In this document: positions 43,725 to 52,702 of the stretch, one piece after another | How the letters are laid out: each line of letters starts with the position of its first letter | Position numbering within the stretch: the stretch's first letter is position 1 | DNA from: an uncultured Candidatus Saccharibacteria bacterium | Lineage (GTDB): Bacteria; Patescibacteriota; Doudnabacteria; UBA920 | Assembly: GCA_964556325.1 (NCBI GenBank) | Contig: CAZKVS010000006.1 | Location: 1-56,876 of the forward strand | Length of the DNA stretch: 56,876 nucleotides | Reading direction: 5' to 3' | Made by a program: the position numbers and the translations under genes | Notes under the pieces: generated by a model | What the model saw: only the letters and a program-made list of their open reading frames with translations | Database searches by the model: none | What the model was told of the DNA's origin: nothing

Positions 43725-46700
43725 TCATGCCCCTGTGACCTGAGCAACTTCGGGGATTTTTTTAAGCTCCAGGAAGAGGTCTTCGGAAATGCGGACCATG
43801 GTTTTGGTTTTTATAGTTTGGACCGAGTTGCCGGAGCCGAAAGTGAGAAATACCTGTGCATTACCGGGACGAGCCTCGAGTACTTCTTTTATTTTATGCA
43901 GTGATTGGTCGCCGGCCATGTGCTTCATACGAATAACTACTTGTTTATCTTTTTCTATTTCACCGAGTGCGAGGTGGTAGGTGTCGTCGTTGGGAAGCTC
44001 GATTACCGTGTCTGCAATTATGGTGAGCTCGCCATCTCGCTCGTTGAGTCTGCCGCTTATTTGGAGGACTTTATCTACGACCATAAGATGGACTACCTGG
44101 GGCATGAGTTTGGGAAACACAAGTACCTCTAAGTGACCGGTTGGGTCTTCCAAGGTGAAGAATGCCATGGGCTCATTTTTCTTGGTCATGGTACGTTTGA
44201 GTTTGGCTACCAGTCCGCCTACGGTGACGTTTTGACCGTCTAGCTCTTCTGTAAGTTCACGAATGGGTGCAACGGACTTAAGCACTGTTTTATACTGCTC
44301 CAATGGGTGGCTAGATACATACATGCCCAAGTGTTCTTTTTCCCAAATAAGTTTTTCTTCGGGGGAGGCAGGGGAGGCGTCTTTGAGTTTGAGTTTGCCC
44401 AATGGTAACGTGTTGCCAAACAGTGAGTTTGGCGCGTCCAGCTCATGTTTTGCTTTGCCGCGCATGTAGTCCAGCACGAGCTCAGTGTTGGCTATGAGTT
44501 TTCCGCGTTCTTCATAGCGGTCGAGTGCACCGCTTTTGACCAGTGCTTCCCAAGACCGTTTATTAAAGTTTTTAACGTAACATTCACCAACAAAGTCATC
44601 TAGCGTGGGAAACGCTAAATCAGGGCTAAGGGCTAAGGGGGTAGGGTCTAGTTCTGAATTTAACTTAGCCCTTAGCCCTACACGCCTATCCCTTCCTTGT
44701 TTTATTGCTTCAATTACATCACTACCTAAGTTTTTAATTGCGCCCAAGCCAAATCGGATGGTGGTATCGTTCACTACTGTAAAGTCGTCCATGCTTTCAT
44801 TTACATCGGGTGGCAGTACCGCAATGCCCATGGCCTTGCATTCTTCCACTGCGGCGTAAATTTTTGTTTCATCGCCGCTTTCCGCGGTCATGAGCGCAGC
44901 CATGAACTCAACTGTGTAGTTTGCCTTCATGTAGGCGGTTTGGTATGCAACGACGCTATAACTAGCAGAGTGACCTTTGTTAAAACCATAGGCAGCGAAC
45001 GGTTCAATCCAGCTCCACACTTGCTCACCTTTTTCTTTCGTCCAGCCTTGCACCTTCATACAGCCTTCTATGAACTTTGTCCGTTGCTTTGCCATTTCTT
45101 CCGGGATCTTTTTACCCACGGCTTTACGGAATTTATCTAGTTCTTCCCAGGTGTAACCGGCTAGGTCGTGTGCCATTTGCAGGAGGTCATCTTGGTAGAC
45201 CAAAATACCGTAACTTCGGGCAAGTATTTTTTCTAGTTCCGGATCAAGATACGTAATAAGGTCTGGATTGTGTTTGCGCGCAATAAAGTCCGGGATAAAC
45301 TGCAGTGGTCCTGGGCGGTACAACGCAATCATGGCCATGATGTCGAAAATGGTTTCCGGCTTCAGCTCTTTGAGATACCGAGTCATGCCGGACGAGCCCA
45401 ACTGAAACACGCCAAAGGTGTGCCCCGCAGAAAGAAGAGTATAGGTTTTCGGGTCTTCGGCTGGAAGATTATAAATATCTACTTTAGTCTGATGTCGTTT
45501 TTCCACAAGTTTCAGTGCCCCCACCAAAATAGAGAGGTTGCGAATTCCAAGTAGGTCAAGTTTGATAACCCCTATGGCGTAGGAAGAAGCACCTACATCC
45601 ACGGAATACATATCGTACTGGGTTATAGTGCGTTCTCCGTCCGGTTCCTTTTGGAGCGGTAAATAGTCTGTAAGTTCGGTGGGCGTAATCACAATACCCG
45701 CTGCATGTATTGATGCGTGCCTGCAGCTACCCTCAATCTTTTTTACAATGTCAATAATTTTTTTGGTTTCTGGGTCGGTTTGGTAGGCGGCCTTGAGCTC
45801 GGGGTTCAGTCCCATAGCTGCGTCTATGGTCATGTCAAAACCTTGTTTGCCGATGGGTACCATTTTAGCTAGGCGATCACATTTGCCATAGGGGATGCCC
45901 ATGGCTCTGCCTACATCCCGCATGGCAGCGCGTGCCTTCATAGTTCCGAAGGTAATAATTTGTGCTACTTTGTCGTGGCCATAGCGCTCGGTCATCCAGG
46001 CTATAGTCGCGTCGCGGTGAGTATCGGAAATGTCCAAGTCTATATCGGGAGGTGATGGGCGATGTTTGGTTAGGAAACGCTCAAAGGGAATAATAAATTC
46101 TAGGGGGTCTACGTTTACAATTTGCAACACATGTCCTACGAGACTTCCGGCAGCACTCCCACGAGTATTTGTAATGGCTCCGAGTGAGTGGGCTCCGTGG
46201 ACAATATCCGCAACCATAATAAAGTAGGGCGCGTATCCTTTACTGCAAATAATATCCAGTTCGTACTCAAGGCGCTCTTGAGCTTCAGAGGGGATTTCGC
46301 CCTTGTATTTTTTAAGGGCGTGTTCGTGTACAAGAGTGCGTAAGTAGCTCTCGTTTGTTTCGCCTTCAGGAATTTCTACTTTTGCAAACCATCGTTGGTC
46401 TAAGAGAATCTCCAGTGTGCATTGATCAGCTACCCAAAGAGTGTTTTCTACGGCGTCGGGAAGGTCTGCAAAGAGCGCCTTCATTTCTTCCGGGCTTTTA
46501 AGTGATAGGTCATGACTGCGCATGTCCAAACGGTTCGGGTCTTCTACTGTTCGGCCTGTGCCAATGCAGACAAGTACATCCTGGGCTTCTGCATCGTCCG
46601 CGTGTATATAGTGGCTATCTGCGGTTGCCACTAATCTGAGATTGTGTTTACGTGCAATACCCACCAGTTTTTGTAGTCGCTCCTCGAGTTGTTTTCCTTC

Positions 46701-47252
46701 TCCATGGGTGCGGTCACGCTCAGTCCGTTGAATTTCGATTAAAAAGTTTTCAGGTCCAAAAATGTCTAGGTATTGCTGCAATACTTCTTCGGCCCGCTGC
46801 TCGTTGCCTGATGCTATGGCCTTTGGAAGTTCGCCACCCGGGCAGCCAGAGAGCGCAATAAGTCCTTCGCTGTGTGCCTTGAGAAACTCTTTGTCTACGC
46901 GGGGTTTGTAATAAAAACCTCGGGTGTGCGCCTCTGTAGTGAGTAGAATTAAGTTTTTGTAACCGGCATCATTTTTAGCGATGAGCGTTAAATGGAAATA
47001 GTCGCTGTCAATTTTTCCTTCCTTGTCTTCCATTCCGCGGGGCGCGATATATGCTTCCATCCCAATGAGTGCTTTTACACCTGCCTGTTTGCAGTTGTAG
47101 TAAAATTCTACTGCGCCGTACATGACGCCATGGTCGGTCAATGCAATGGCTGGCATTTCAAGTTCTTTGGTACGTTCAACAAGCCCCTCAATGCGAGAGA
47201 GTCCATCTAAAAGTGAATAGTGACTATGTGTGTGGAGATGAACGAAAGACAT
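43725..47252 (-). CDS. dnaE: DNA polymerase III alpha subunit
   Basis: PHP domain start MSFVHLHTHSHYSLLDG, polymerase core (GLLKMDFLG-like VIKLDLLGIRNL) and a C-terminal OB fold. The start is taken at ATG 47252. It contains an in-frame palindromic insertion at 44622-44679. Confidence 0.95.
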   Translation of the reverse strand: MSFVHLHTHSHYSLLDGLSRIEGLVERTKELEMPAIALTDHGVMYGAVEFYYNCKQAGVKALIGMEAYIAPRGMEDKEGKIDSDYFHLTLIAKNDAGYKNLILLTTEAHTRGFYYKPRVDKEFLKAHSEGLIALSGCPGGELPKAIASGNEQRAEEVLQQYLDIFGPENFLIEIQRTERDRTHGEGKQLEERLQKLVGIARKHNLRLVATADSHYIHADDAEAQDVLVCIGTGRTVEDPNRLDMRSHDLSLKSPEEMKALFADLPDAVENTLWVADQCTLEILLDQRWFAKVEIPEGETNESYLRTLVHEHALKKYKGEIPSEAQERLEYELDIICSKGYAPYFIMVADIVHGAHSLGAITNTRGSAAGSLVGHVLQIVNVDPLEFIIPFERFLTKHRPSPPDIDLDISDTHRDATIAWMTERYGHDKVAQIITFGTMKARAAMRDVGRAMGIPYGKCDRLAKMVPIGKQGFDMTIDAAMGLNPELKAAYQTDPETKKIIDIVKKIEGSCRHASIHAAGIVITPTELTDYLPLQKEPDGERTITQYDMYSVDVGASSYAIGVIKLDLLGIRNLSILVGALKLVEKRHQTKVDIYNLPAEDPKTYTLLSAGHTFGVFQLGSSGMTRYLKELKPETIFDIMAMIALYRPGPLQFIPDFIARKHNPDLITYLDPELEKILARSYGILVYQDDLLQMAHDLAGYTWEELDKFRKAVGKKIPEEMAKQRTKFIEGCMKVQGWTKEKGEQVWSWIEPFAAYGFNKGHSASYSVVAYQTAYMKANYTVEFMAALMTAESGDETKIYAAVEECKAMGIAVLPPDVNESMDDFTVVNDTTIRFGLGAIKNLGSDVIEAIKQGRDRRVGLRAKLNSELDPTPLALSPDLAFPTLDDFVGECYVKNFNKRSWEALVKSGALDRYEERGKLIANTELVLDYMRGKAKHELDAPNSLFGNTLPLGKLKLKDASPASPEEKLIWEKEHLGMYVSSHPLEQYKTVLKSVAPIRELTEELDGQNVTVGGLVAKLKRTMTKKNEPMAFFTLEDPTGHLEVLVFPKLMPQVVHLMVVDKVLQISGRLNERDGELTIIADTVIELPNDDTYHLALGEIEKDKQVVIRMKHMAGDQSLHKIKEVLEARPGNAQVFLTFGSGNSVQTIKTKTMVRISEDLFLELKKIPEVAQVTGA
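44622..44679. repeat. 16-bp perfect inverted repeat of the AGGGCTAAGGGCTAAG word family, in frame inside dnaE
   Basis: AGGGCTAAGGGCTAAG (44622-44637) is the exact reverse complement of CTTAGCCCTTAGCCCT (44664-44679). It encodes ...GLRAKLNSELDPTPLALSPDL... in dnaE. Confidence 0.85.
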
Positions 47253-47267
47253 AGGCAAGATACAAAT

Positions 47268-47331
47268 GAGAAATGAGCCTTGAGCCGTGAATAAATTGCC
47301 ATTTTGGCTCATTACTCAAGTCTCATTTCTC
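47268..47331. repeat. word hairpin, family GAGAAATGAG (dnaE 5' region)
   Basis: GAGAAATGAGCCTTGAG (47268-47284) opposes CTCAAGTCTCATTTCTC (47315-47331), 16 of 17 complementary. Confidence 0.7.
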
Positions 47332-47368
47332 ACTTCTGTCTATCTATTATACCATTCTGTCGCTAATT

Positions 47369-47377
47369 TGATATACT
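47369..47377 (+). promoter_or_regulatory. extended -10 promoter TGaTATACT; leaderless start of ORF 47385
   Basis: tTGaTATACTaaattatATG. The -10 ends 7 nt before ATG 47385. Confidence 0.45.
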
Positions 47378-47384
47378 AAATTAT

Positions 47385-48239
47385 ATGCAGATTTTATCTG
47401 ATGATACCAAAGATACTCTTAAGTTAGCATGGCTTTCATTTGTGGAAGCTTTGTATACATTTCCGCCCATACAAAGAGCAGTTCTTATTTTTGGGATAAT
47501 TATGATTATCCCAGGATATTGGCTTTTCCGAGTGGGCGCCCATACATTTTATAACTATCAGTACGAAGGCTACCAAGTATATGCGCAGCCGTCCTTCACG
47601 AATCCTCAAGACTTAGTCGCTTCTGCGGTGACTGTTTTGCCTGCCCCAGGCGGCTTTATGGGGTATGTTAAAATACAGAATCCCAATTTGGAAATTAGCG
47701 CTACCACTGCGCAGTACCACGTACGGTTTTACAATGCGGCAGGTCAGCAGTCTTATGAGACGACTGGGCAGTTTTACGTACCCGCAAGTAAGGATGCCTT
47801 TGTGATTATACCTCGGTTTATTAGCAAAGAGGGGGTGGCGAGTGCGCAGTTGGAGGTAACCGGGGTGCGATGGCAGAAAAAACTTTCCACTTTGAAGGTA
47901 GATTTAAATGCTCCGGCTCCAACTGTATTTGAGGAGACTGGCGGGGTACGATTGGAAGGTGTGGTAACGAATACGAGCCCGTATAAAATAAATAGCGTGC
48001 GCATTGTTATGTTTCTATACGATGCAAACAACAGAATTGTGGGGGTAGGGGAGCGCGTGGAAAAAACAGTTCTACCGAATCAGCGGCGTGCGTATGTGAT
48101 GAGCTTTCCCGGCATTACCCGTAGTCAGTTCGTAAGAACTCTACCGGTAGTGGACACTAATACAGCTGACAGTCAGAATATAAATGCCACCGATCTAAAA
48201 GGTTCTAACCAAAATCCAGGGGGGACGTTGACACGATAA
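47385..48239 (+). CDS. hypothetical membrane-anchored protein
   Basis: 284-aa ORF with a TM helix (AVLIFGIIMIIPGYWLF) and a beta-rich C-terminal part. No motif recognised. Confidence 0.6.
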   Translation: MQILSDDTKDTLKLAWLSFVEALYTFPPIQRAVLIFGIIMIIPGYWLFRVGAHTFYNYQYEGYQVYAQPSFTNPQDLVASAVTVLPAPGGFMGYVKIQNPNLEISATTAQYHVRFYNAAGQQSYETTGQFYVPASKDAFVIIPRFISKEGVASAQLEVTGVRWQKKLSTLKVDLNAPAPTVFEETGGVRLEGVVTNTSPYKINSVRIVMFLYDANNRIVGVGERVEKTVLPNQRRAYVMSFPGITRSQFVRTLPVVDTNTADSQNINATDLKGSNQNPGGTLTR

Positions 48240-48264
48240 AGTACACTATAGTAGTCATAACTCC

Positions 48265-49362
48265 ATGAAAATATCTGGGATAATTCGAAATTTTGATTTG
48301 CCGCTCCTTCTTGTGAGCGGCTTATTACTCATCCTGGGTCTTACTTTGCAGTATACGAGCTCGCTGTCCAACCCAACGCTTACTATATTTTGGCGACAAC
48401 TTGTGTTTGCCTGTATAGGTGTGGGGGTGCTCGTATTTATGGCCAATTATAACTACCACACTTTGGCTCGAGTAAACCGGGGGACCTATGTTGTGCTCAT
48501 TGTGCTTTTGCTGGTGGTACTGCTTTTTGGGCGACAAATTCGTGGCTCTTCTCGTTGGATTAGCCTAGGGTTTTTTCAGCTACAACCAGCGGAATTGGCT
48601 AAAATGATTGTGATTATTGGCTTGGCCCGGTGGTTTTACTTGTTTCGAGGTCAGATAAATGCATGGCGAAATGTAATTATTACTTTTTTACTCGCAGCAG
48701 TCCCCGCAGGTCTTGTGTTGGTAGAACCAGATTTGGGTTCCTCCATGGTCATACTGGCCGTGTGGTTTGGGATTTTGTTGGTAAGCCCTATTAGCAAAAA
48801 ACGGTTACTCGTGTTGATGTTCTGCGGTGTGTTGGCCGCAGGGGCTGTATGGCAATTTGCGCTGCACGATTACCAAAGAAGTCGTTTAGAAACGTTTCTC
48901 GATCCAAACTTAGACCCAAGGGGTACGGGGTACAATGTTCGTCAGGCGCTTATATCGGTGGGGAGCGGGCAACTCTTTGGCCGCGGGCTCGGCCGCGGAC
49001 TGCAAAGTCAACTTCGTTTTTTGCCAGAACGTCAGACAGACTTCATTTTTGCTACTGCCGCTGAAGAAATTGGGTTTGTAGGCTCAACGGTGGTGGTAGG
49101 ATTGTATGCCCTGCTCATGTTGCGCATACTCATTATTGCAGGCCGTGCTCGAGACGACTTGGGGAAATATTTGAGTTATGGAGTTTTCTTTTTATTTTTC
49201 TTTCAGGCTTCAATAAATATAGCAATGAATATAGGTATTGCGCCGGTAACTGGTATTCCACTGCCGCTTCTTTCATATGGTGGAAGTTCGCTTTTGGTGA
49301 CCATGCTCGCATTAGGCTTAATGCACAACATTTCATGGCAATCGCGGACTTTGCGATTTTAA
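48265..49362 (+). CDS. SEDS-family peptidoglycan polymerase (RodA/FtsW)
   Basis: 365 aa, about 10 TM helices, with QPAELAK, EPDLGS, LPERQTDFIFA and PLPLLSYGGSS. Confidence 0.88.
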   Translation: MKISGIIRNFDLPLLLVSGLLLILGLTLQYTSSLSNPTLTIFWRQLVFACIGVGVLVFMANYNYHTLARVNRGTYVVLIVLLLVVLLFGRQIRGSSRWISLGFFQLQPAELAKMIVIIGLARWFYLFRGQINAWRNVIITFLLAAVPAGLVLVEPDLGSSMVILAVWFGILLVSPISKKRLLVLMFCGVLAAGAVWQFALHDYQRSRLETFLDPNLDPRGTGYNVRQALISVGSGQLFGRGLGRGLQSQLRFLPERQTDFIFATAAEEIGFVGSTVVVGLYALLMLRILIIAGRARDDLGKYLSYGVFFLFFFQASINIAMNIGIAPVTGIPLPLLSYGGSSLLVTMLALGLMHNISWQSRTLRF

Positions 49363-49480
49363 GAAAAATCAAGTAAAATAGAATTACGAATTTCGAATTA
49401 CGTGATATTCCCTTGGTTTTGTGATGGATTTTGATTTTTTGCTAGATTCGTAATTCTTTATTCATAATTCCGGTTTCCTT

Positions 49481-49840
49481 ATGAAGAACTTAGATTTAAA
49501 AAAAGTTTTAGGAATTATTGGTTTCATCCTCCGCTGTCCAATTTGCGGTTTTCGAAATAACCTAGAAACCATGAAGGTAGTGGATAGCGAGCAGGTAGAA
49601 GGGACATCAGATGCGCGGTTGGTTATCCATTCCGACTGCCAGAAGTGCCAGGGGAGTGTAATGTTCACTATTGGTGTGATGGGGCCGGAAATTACTTCCG
49701 CTGCTGCTGTAACCGATTTAACGTTAGCCGATACGCACCGTTTACGAGACCTAGCGCCTATTACCACGAACGACGTGCTTACTATTCATGAGGCAGTCCA
49801 AAAGTTTAAAGGCGATTTCAAAAAAGCCTTTAGTAAATAG
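49481..49840 (+). CDS. small zinc-ribbon protein (hypothetical)
   Basis: 119 aa with CPICG...(~34 aa)...CQKCQG. Confidence 0.5.
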   Translation: MKNLDLKKVLGIIGFILRCPICGFRNNLETMKVVDSEQVEGTSDARLVIHSDCQKCQGSVMFTIGVMGPEITSAAAVTDLTLADTHRLRDLAPITTNDVLTIHEAVQKFKGDFKKAFSK

Positions 49841-49861
49841 TCTTGTTTTAATGGTTGTATA

Positions 49862-49890
49862 CCCGGACCACGAAGGTCCGGTTTTGGTTT
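49862..49890 (+). terminator. rho-independent terminator
   Basis: CCGGACC (49863-49869) pairs with GGTCCGG (49875-49881) and is followed by TTTTGGTTT. Confidence 0.7.
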
Positions 49891-49932
49891 CTATTTATAT
49901 TATTAGAATGAATTAGCGTAATTATGTCAATA

Positions 49933-49961
49933 TTGCAAAATAGGGCTTGTTTATATATAAT
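49933..49961 (+). promoter_or_regulatory. sigma70 promoter TTGCAA-17-TATAAT upstream of rplY
   Basis: TTGCAA at 49933-49938, a 17-nt spacer, and TATAAT at 49956-49961. Confidence 0.5.
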
Positions 49962-50070
49962 TACTTCTACCAAATACGAATTTGTTCGAATATACTAATG
50001 TTCTTGGTATATATGCCATCTGGCCGGCAGTATTCGTGTATTTCGTATAAATTTGTAACTTCGTAGGTAT

Positions 50071-50715
50071 ATGGAAACAGTAGAACTAAAAGCAACGGTA
50101 AGAGATTTGACCAAGCCAGTGGCCGCTACCCGCAAGCAGGGTTTTGTACCTGCTGAATTGTATGGTCACAACGTGCCTAACGTGCATGTGCAAGTAGCAC
50201 TCAATGAGTTTGAAAAAATCTTCCGCAAAGCAGGTGAATCTACCATTATTACTCTCGACATTGAAGGCGTTGGTAAACGCAGCGTGCTTATTCATGATGT
50301 GCATGCTCACGTGCTTAAGTCTCATCCTATTCATGTAGATTTCTATGAAGTGAACATGAAAGAGACCCTGCAGACAACTGTACAATTGGAGTTCGTAGGT
50401 GAGGCGCCAGCAGTGAAAGCGCTTGGTGGTGTCTTAGTTAAAACTTTGAATGAAGTAGAAGTAGAATGTTTGCCAGTTGATTTGCCTCATAATTTGGCTG
50501 TAGATATTAGCAACATGGCAACCTTTGAAGACGTAATAATGGTAAAAGACCTTGCATTGCCAAAGGGTGTTACCATGTTGACCGATGTGGAAGAAATGGT
50601 GGTAAAAATACAGCCTCCTCGTGAAGTAGAAGTAGATCTTTCTTCTCCAGTAGTGGAAGATGTGACCAAAGTGGCAGGTGTAGTGAAAGAAGAAGAAAAA
50701 ACTGAGACTAAATAA
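50071..50715 (+). CDS. rplY: 50S ribosomal protein L25/general stress protein Ctc
   Basis: 214 aa with RKQGFVPAELYG, IHVDFYEV and an acidic C-terminal tail. Confidence 0.9.
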   Translation: METVELKATVRDLTKPVAATRKQGFVPAELYGHNVPNVHVQVALNEFEKIFRKAGESTIITLDIEGVGKRSVLIHDVHAHVLKSHPIHVDFYEVNMKETLQTTVQLEFVGEAPAVKALGGVLVKTLNEVEVECLPVDLPHNLAVDISNMATFEDVIMVKDLALPKGVTMLTDVEEMVVKIQPPREVEVDLSSPVVEDVTKVAGVVKEEEKTETK

Positions 50716-50728
50716 CCTCTCGTGTTAT

Positions 50729-50758
50729 AATCCCCGGAATACTCCGGGGATTTTTATT
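50729..50758 (+). terminator. rho-independent terminator after rplY
   Basis: TCCCCGGA (50731-50738) pairs with TCCGGGGA (50743-50750) and is followed by TTTTTATTT. Confidence 0.8.
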
Positions 50759-50773
50759 TACAGGCCTCAATGC

Positions 50774-51721
50774 ATGCGGTATGATACACAAATGAAAATT
50801 CTTGCTCAGCGCCGTGTTCAGGTTTTGTGTGGCCTTGTGGGATTGCTTATTATGGGAGTGGGCGTATACATAGGAGTGCGGGTATGGCAGGTGCGTGGTT
50901 CTCAGCCAGTTCAGATTGCTCAGGCGGGGGAATTTGCTGTGTCTACAACTCCTAACCCAACTTACAACGCTGGGGCACATGCCTTGCATATTCCATTTTC
51001 TCAGAATGTAGACGTTCCAGCGCCGAAAGATGCTTTGCCTGTGCCCATTTTGATGTACCACCATGTGGGACCACTTCCTGGAGATGCGGATGCGCTTCGT
51101 CGTGATTTGACTGTGTCGGCGGAAGATTTTGAAACTCAAGTCGCCTGGCTCTCTCAAGCGGGATATGTAACGGTAAGCCTGGCAGATATATATCAAGCCA
51201 CGCAGGGAAAACTAAGCTTGCCCCCGAAGTCTATGGTCTTCACGTTTGATGATGGGTATGCAGATGTGTTTACCTTTGCCATGCCTATTTTGCAGAAGTA
51301 TCATATGCGAGGCAGCTTTGCCGTAGTGCCCGGTTTTTTGGGCCAGCCCGACTACGCAACCTGGGATATGGTGCAAGGGGCTAAGAATGCAGGCATGGAA
51401 ATTGTTTCCCATACGGAAAACCATTTTGATGGAAGCAGTGTAAAATTTGATGCAAAATATATACAAGAAAATTTAGAGCAATCGCTGCGCGAATTGGAAG
51501 CCCACCTGGGACCCATTCCACGAATTTTGGTGTATCCGTACGGACATTACACGACGGAGTACATTAGAATTGCTCAGCAGGTTGGTTTTGTAATGGCTTT
51601 GACTACACGCTACGGGAGACATGTGGATATGCGCAATCTTATGCTTACCCCCCGCGTGCGCGTGCATGGGCATGGAACCATGGAAAAGTTTGAAGAAAGT
51701 ATAACGGGGATAAAGCGATAA
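50774..51721 (+). CDS. polysaccharide deacetylase (NodB homology domain), membrane-anchored
   Basis: MVFTFDDGYADV, SHTENH and LVYPYGHY. Confidence 0.85.
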   Translation: MRYDTQMKILAQRRVQVLCGLVGLLIMGVGVYIGVRVWQVRGSQPVQIAQAGEFAVSTTPNPTYNAGAHALHIPFSQNVDVPAPKDALPVPILMYHHVGPLPGDADALRRDLTVSAEDFETQVAWLSQAGYVTVSLADIYQATQGKLSLPPKSMVFTFDDGYADVFTFAMPILQKYHMRGSFAVVPGFLGQPDYATWDMVQGAKNAGMEIVSHTENHFDGSSVKFDAKYIQENLEQSLRELEAHLGPIPRILVYPYGHYTTEYIRIAQQVGFVMALTTRYGRHVDMRNLMLTPRVRVHGHGTMEKFEESITGIKR

Positions 51722-51733
51722 TATCCATACATA

Positions 51734-51765
51734 ACAAAAGGCCTTCAGTAAGAAGGCCTTTTGTT
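51734..51765. terminator. bidirectional terminator between the deacetylase gene (+) and prmC (-)
   Basis: AACAAAAGGCCTTC (51734-51746) pairs with GAAGGCCTTTTGTT (51752-51765). Confidence 0.8.
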
Positions 51766-52606
51766 ATGACTTGATTTCCAGGTATCGCCAGAGGCCGTTC
51801 AGGTCTTTGTAGAAAGAGGTTTTATAGCCGGGGAGCAATCTCTTAATCATCTTTTGTAAATCGGATTTTGAACCGTCGTCTATTTCTAAGAGGGCTACTC
51901 CGCCAGTTGCAAGGTGTTTAGGGAGTTGCTCAAAAAAACGTCGGTACATATCCCACACCTCACCCCCATCGGTAATGGCTACTTTGGGTTCGTATTTTAA
52001 GTTATGGTACAAAAGTTCGTACATCCCTTGTGGTACATAGGGAAGGTTTGCGGTAATAATATTAAATGTACCGGGTATTTTGGAAAATAAGTCGCTCTGG
52101 ATGAATGTAACTTTCGTTTTGTGGGTCTTGGCGTTTTGTTCCGCTACTTTGAGGGCCGAAGCGGATACGTCAGAAGCCGTAACGGTGAACAGTGAACAGT
52201 GAACAGTGGAAAGAGTGTGTGCCAGGCTAATCGCAATGCATCCAGATCCAGTACCTACATCTAGTATGCGCACTTTGGTTTTTTTCTTGCTGTCCACTGT
52301 CCATTTTTCACTTTTCACTGTGGACAAAGCCTTGTCCATCAGCCATTCTGTTTCTGGACGGGGAGTGAGAACATGTTTGTTTATTTTAAACTTAAGTCCA
52401 TAAAAATATTTATGCCCTACAAGGTAGGCTATGGGTTCGCTGTTTTTGCGTCGCCCTACGAGCGTAGTGAGCTTTGCAGTCTGCTGAGGGGTGAGGGTAA
52501 CCTGTGGGTTCAAATATAAAAACTCCTTTGGCTGCTTGAGTACGTGCGCCAAAAGGAGGTCAACTTCAACATCTTTATTCTTTTTTTGAATTTCTTTGAT
52601 GGTCAT
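51764..52606 (-). CDS. prmC: release factor glutamine N5-methyltransferase (PrmC/HemK)
   Basis: ILDVGTGSGCIAISLA (SAM motif) and ANLPYVP (NPPY-type motif with Leu). The start is taken at ATG 52606. Two in-frame word-repeat segments flank the SAM motif. Confidence 0.85.
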   Translation of the reverse strand: MTIKEIQKKNKDVEVDLLLAHVLKQPKEFLYLNPQVTLTPQQTAKLTTLVGRRKNSEPIAYLVGHKYFYGLKFKINKHVLTPRPETEWLMDKALSTVKSEKWTVDSKKKTKVRILDVGTGSGCIAISLAHTLSTVHCSLFTVTASDVSASALKVAEQNAKTHKTKVTFIQSDLFSKIPGTFNIITANLPYVPQGMYELLYHNLKYEPKVAITDGGEVWDMYRRFFEQLPKHLATGGVALLEIDDGSKSDLQKMIKRLLPGYKTSFYKDLNGLWRYLEIKS

Positions 52607-52616
52607 TATAATTTTC

Positions 52617-52690
52617 AATTACCAATTTCTAATTTCCAATGAAATATCCAATTTCTAAAGGCTATTTCATTACATTAGAAATTGGTAATT
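52617..52690. repeat. 17-bp perfect inverted repeat, family AATTACCAATTTCTAAT (prmC-prfA spacer)
   Basis: AATTACCAATTTCTAAT (52617-52633) is the exact reverse complement of ATTAGAAATTGGTAATT (52674-52690). Confidence 0.85.
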
Positions 52691-52702
52691 AGGTATTGGG
52701 AA

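Noticed and set aside
41694-43904. Short ORFs inside the thrS-dnaE gap (41694-41960 +, 42683-43024 -, 42751-42996 +, 42936-43151 +, 43477-43686 +, 43575-43904 +).
   Set aside because: They overlap each other on both strands. They have Ala/Arg/Ser/Gly-rich noise-like composition, no start context and no recognisable motifs. They also run straight through long perfect helices.
51764-52606. NLPY instead of the canonical NPPY in PrmC as a sign of a pseudogene or inactive enzyme.
   Set aside because: The ORF is intact, the SAM motif is conserved, and the gene is in the usual prfA-prmC arrangement. A single substitution in the motif cannot be interpreted without comparative data.
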